The position numbers were made by a program, and so were the translations under genes. A stretch of DNA of 64,000 bases from an uncultured Gemmatimonadales bacterium (GTDB lineage Bacteria > Gemmatimonadota > Gemmatimonadetes > Gemmatimonadales > GWC2-71-9): positions 640,001 to 704,000 of the forward strand of contig CAWHFW010000002.1 in NCBI GenBank assembly GCA_963828735.1, given 5' to 3'. The notes below the pieces were generated by a model that searched no databases, had not been told where the DNA came from, and saw only the letters and a list, made by a program, of their open reading frames with translations. Positions within the stretch are counted from its first letter, which is position 1; each line of letters starts with the position of its first letter. Shown one piece after another: positions 62,743 through 64,000 of this stretch.

Positions 62743-63357
62743 TCACCGACTAGCAAGACCCGCCGGAGGGATCAGCAGCTCGAACATCCGCGCCACATCG
62801 TCCGCCGAGAGGGACTTCGGGTGCAAGGCCATCTCCTGTATCACTCCTCGGCCCACGATATTGAGCAACCGGAGAAAGCGCTCCTCGGACATCGGCAATC
62901 GTTCACCGTTCGCTTGGTTCACCTCGCGAAAGCGCGCCGCGAGGCTCGCGACCTCCTCGTCGAAGGCTTGGCGCCCGGCCTGGTCCCAGCGATCGTTCCG
63001 CGCCGCATAAATCACGTACTCCAGGTCGAGCAAGACAACCTGACGGCTCGCTCTCGTCGACGCGACCCGCTCCGCGAAGGCCTGCAGCCGCTTGGGCAGC
63101 GGGACGCCCGGCTCCAGTAACGCGTCGAAGGCGGTTTGAGGCGAGGAATTGGCCGCCGCCACCGCAGCCACCAATGCCCCCTTGCTCGGGAAGTTGGCGT
63201 ACACCGCGCCCTTGGTGAGCCCGAGCTCGGCCGCCACCGCGTCGAGCGAGGTGTCCTCGATCCCGGATCGGAGAAACATCCGGGCGGCGGTCCGGAGGAT
63301 CGCTTCCCGAGTCTCCGCCGCGCGCGCGGTCCGGGTTAAGCTCCGCTGTTTCGGCAT
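62743..63357 (-). CDS. TetR/AcrR family regulator
   Basis: TREAILRTA.RMF..G...TSLDAVA..LGLTKGAVYANFPSK. Confidence 0.92.
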   Translation of the reverse strand: MPKQRSLTRTARAAETREAILRTAARMFLRSGIEDTSLDAVAAELGLTKGAVYANFPSKGALVAAVAAANSSPQTAFDALLEPGVPLPKRLQAFAERVASTRASRQVVLLDLEYVIYAARNDRWDQAGRQAFDEEVASLAARFREVNQANGERLPMSEERFLRLLNIVGRGVIQEMALHPKSLSADDVARMFELLIPPAGLASR

Positions 63358-63373
63358 CGGCCTCCGCCTCGGG

Positions 63374-63409
63374 TTGACATACCAACGGTATGTAATATAC
63401 TTATGGTAT
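63374..63409 (+). promoter_or_regulatory. Promoter with tandem TetR-type operators
   Basis: TTGACA (63374)-16 nt-TATACT (63396); palindrome ACATACC-N3-GGTATGT and a second ATAC-N5-GTAT. Confidence 0.75.
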
Positions 63410-63457
63410 CTATGCTGGGGCAACGGCTCCGGCACTCCTCGAGCCCGGAGCCAGCCC

Positions 63458-64000
63458 GTGCCTCTCGTGACCCGACTCTCGCTCGCCCTCGTTGCCGGCT
63501 CGGCAGCGATCGGTCCCATCGCGCTGGCCCAAGCCCGCCCGGCCGAGCCACGCGACTACTCCGCTCCCGCCGGCGCGCCCTATCGCGCGGAGCTCGTGGC
63601 CGTCCCGACACCGATGGGCCACACGCTCGCCGGCACGCTCACCATTCCCAAATCGGCCACCGGGACGTACCCGGTGCCGGCGGTGGTGACCATCAGCGGC
63701 ACCGGTCCCCAGGATCGGGATGAGAATTTGGGGATCGGTGACTACCGACCGTTTCGCCAGTTCGCGGACTCGCTCGGCCGCCGCGGCATCGCCGTACTGC
63801 GGATGGACGACCGAGGCGTCGGAGCGTCGACGGGCACTTTCAAGGGCGCGACTCCGATCGACTTCGTGAAAGATATCCGTGCCGGCCTGGCATATCTCCG
63901 CACCCGTTCCGAGGTCGACCCGAATCGGCTAGGGCTGCTCGGCCATAGCGAAGGCGCCATCGACGCCCCGCTGGTGGCGCTCGAAGAGCCGTCACTCAAA
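63458..64000 (+). CDS. Exported alpha/beta hydrolase, partial (runs off the right edge)
   Basis: GTG after GGAG; LAGTLTIP, ISGTGPQDRDE, VLRMDDRGVG.S.G, GHSEG nucleophile elbow. Confidence 0.88.
   Translation, partial: MPLVTRLSLALVAGSAAIGPIALAQARPAEPRDYSAPAGAPYRAELVAVPTPMGHTLAGTLTIPKSATGTYPVPAVVTISGTGPQDRDENLGIGDYRPFRQFADSLGRRGIAVLRMDDRGVGASTGTFKGATPIDFVKDIRAGLAYLRTRSEVDPNRLGLLGHSEGAIDAPLVALEEPSLK

Noticed and set aside
35300..64000. CRISPR array or prophage as an explanation for the repeats and small genes
   Set aside because: The repeats are long, degenerate and separated by whole genes; no cas, capsid, terminase or integrase genes were recognised.

Overview
High-GC bacterial chromosomal window. 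Gene style and content suggest Gemmatimonadota, but this is inference only. It has two halves. (1) 1-35.3 kb is mostly core genes (DPP-IV peptidase, uvrA, ABC exporter, ltaE, glpK, mtnA, crotonase, recF-dciA-gyrB) around a ~15.6 kb redox island (11.8-27.4 kb). On the minus strand of the island, a tightly coupled operon encodes a group 1 [NiFe] uptake hydrogenase (small, large, cytochrome b, protease), Cys-type ccmE, ccmF, an unusual ccmH and two zinc-ribbon membrane proteins. Divergently, on the plus strand, a four-gene porin-cytochrome cluster encodes a 9-heme lipoprotein, a ~20-heme membrane-anchored NapC/NirT-like cytochrome (frameshifted in this sequence), a beta-barrel and a 16-heme cytochrome, about 45 heme motifs in total. 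Together these form a candidate H2-to-extracellular-acceptor electron conduit. (2) 35.3-64 kb holds ~40 short, mostly minus-strand accessory genes separated by a family of degenerate ~140 bp attC-like repeats. This looks like an eroded integron cassette array with no integrase in the window. Notable cassettes are a MerB-like lyase with an in-frame UGA at the catalytic Cys plus a SECIS-like hairpin (probable selenoprotein), an orphan Cap12-type TIR protein with a possible Cap15-like beta-barrel, a Vat-like acetyltransferase and a cytochrome P460. Several single-base frameshifts suggest long-read indel errors. All family assignments come from motif recognition, not database searches.
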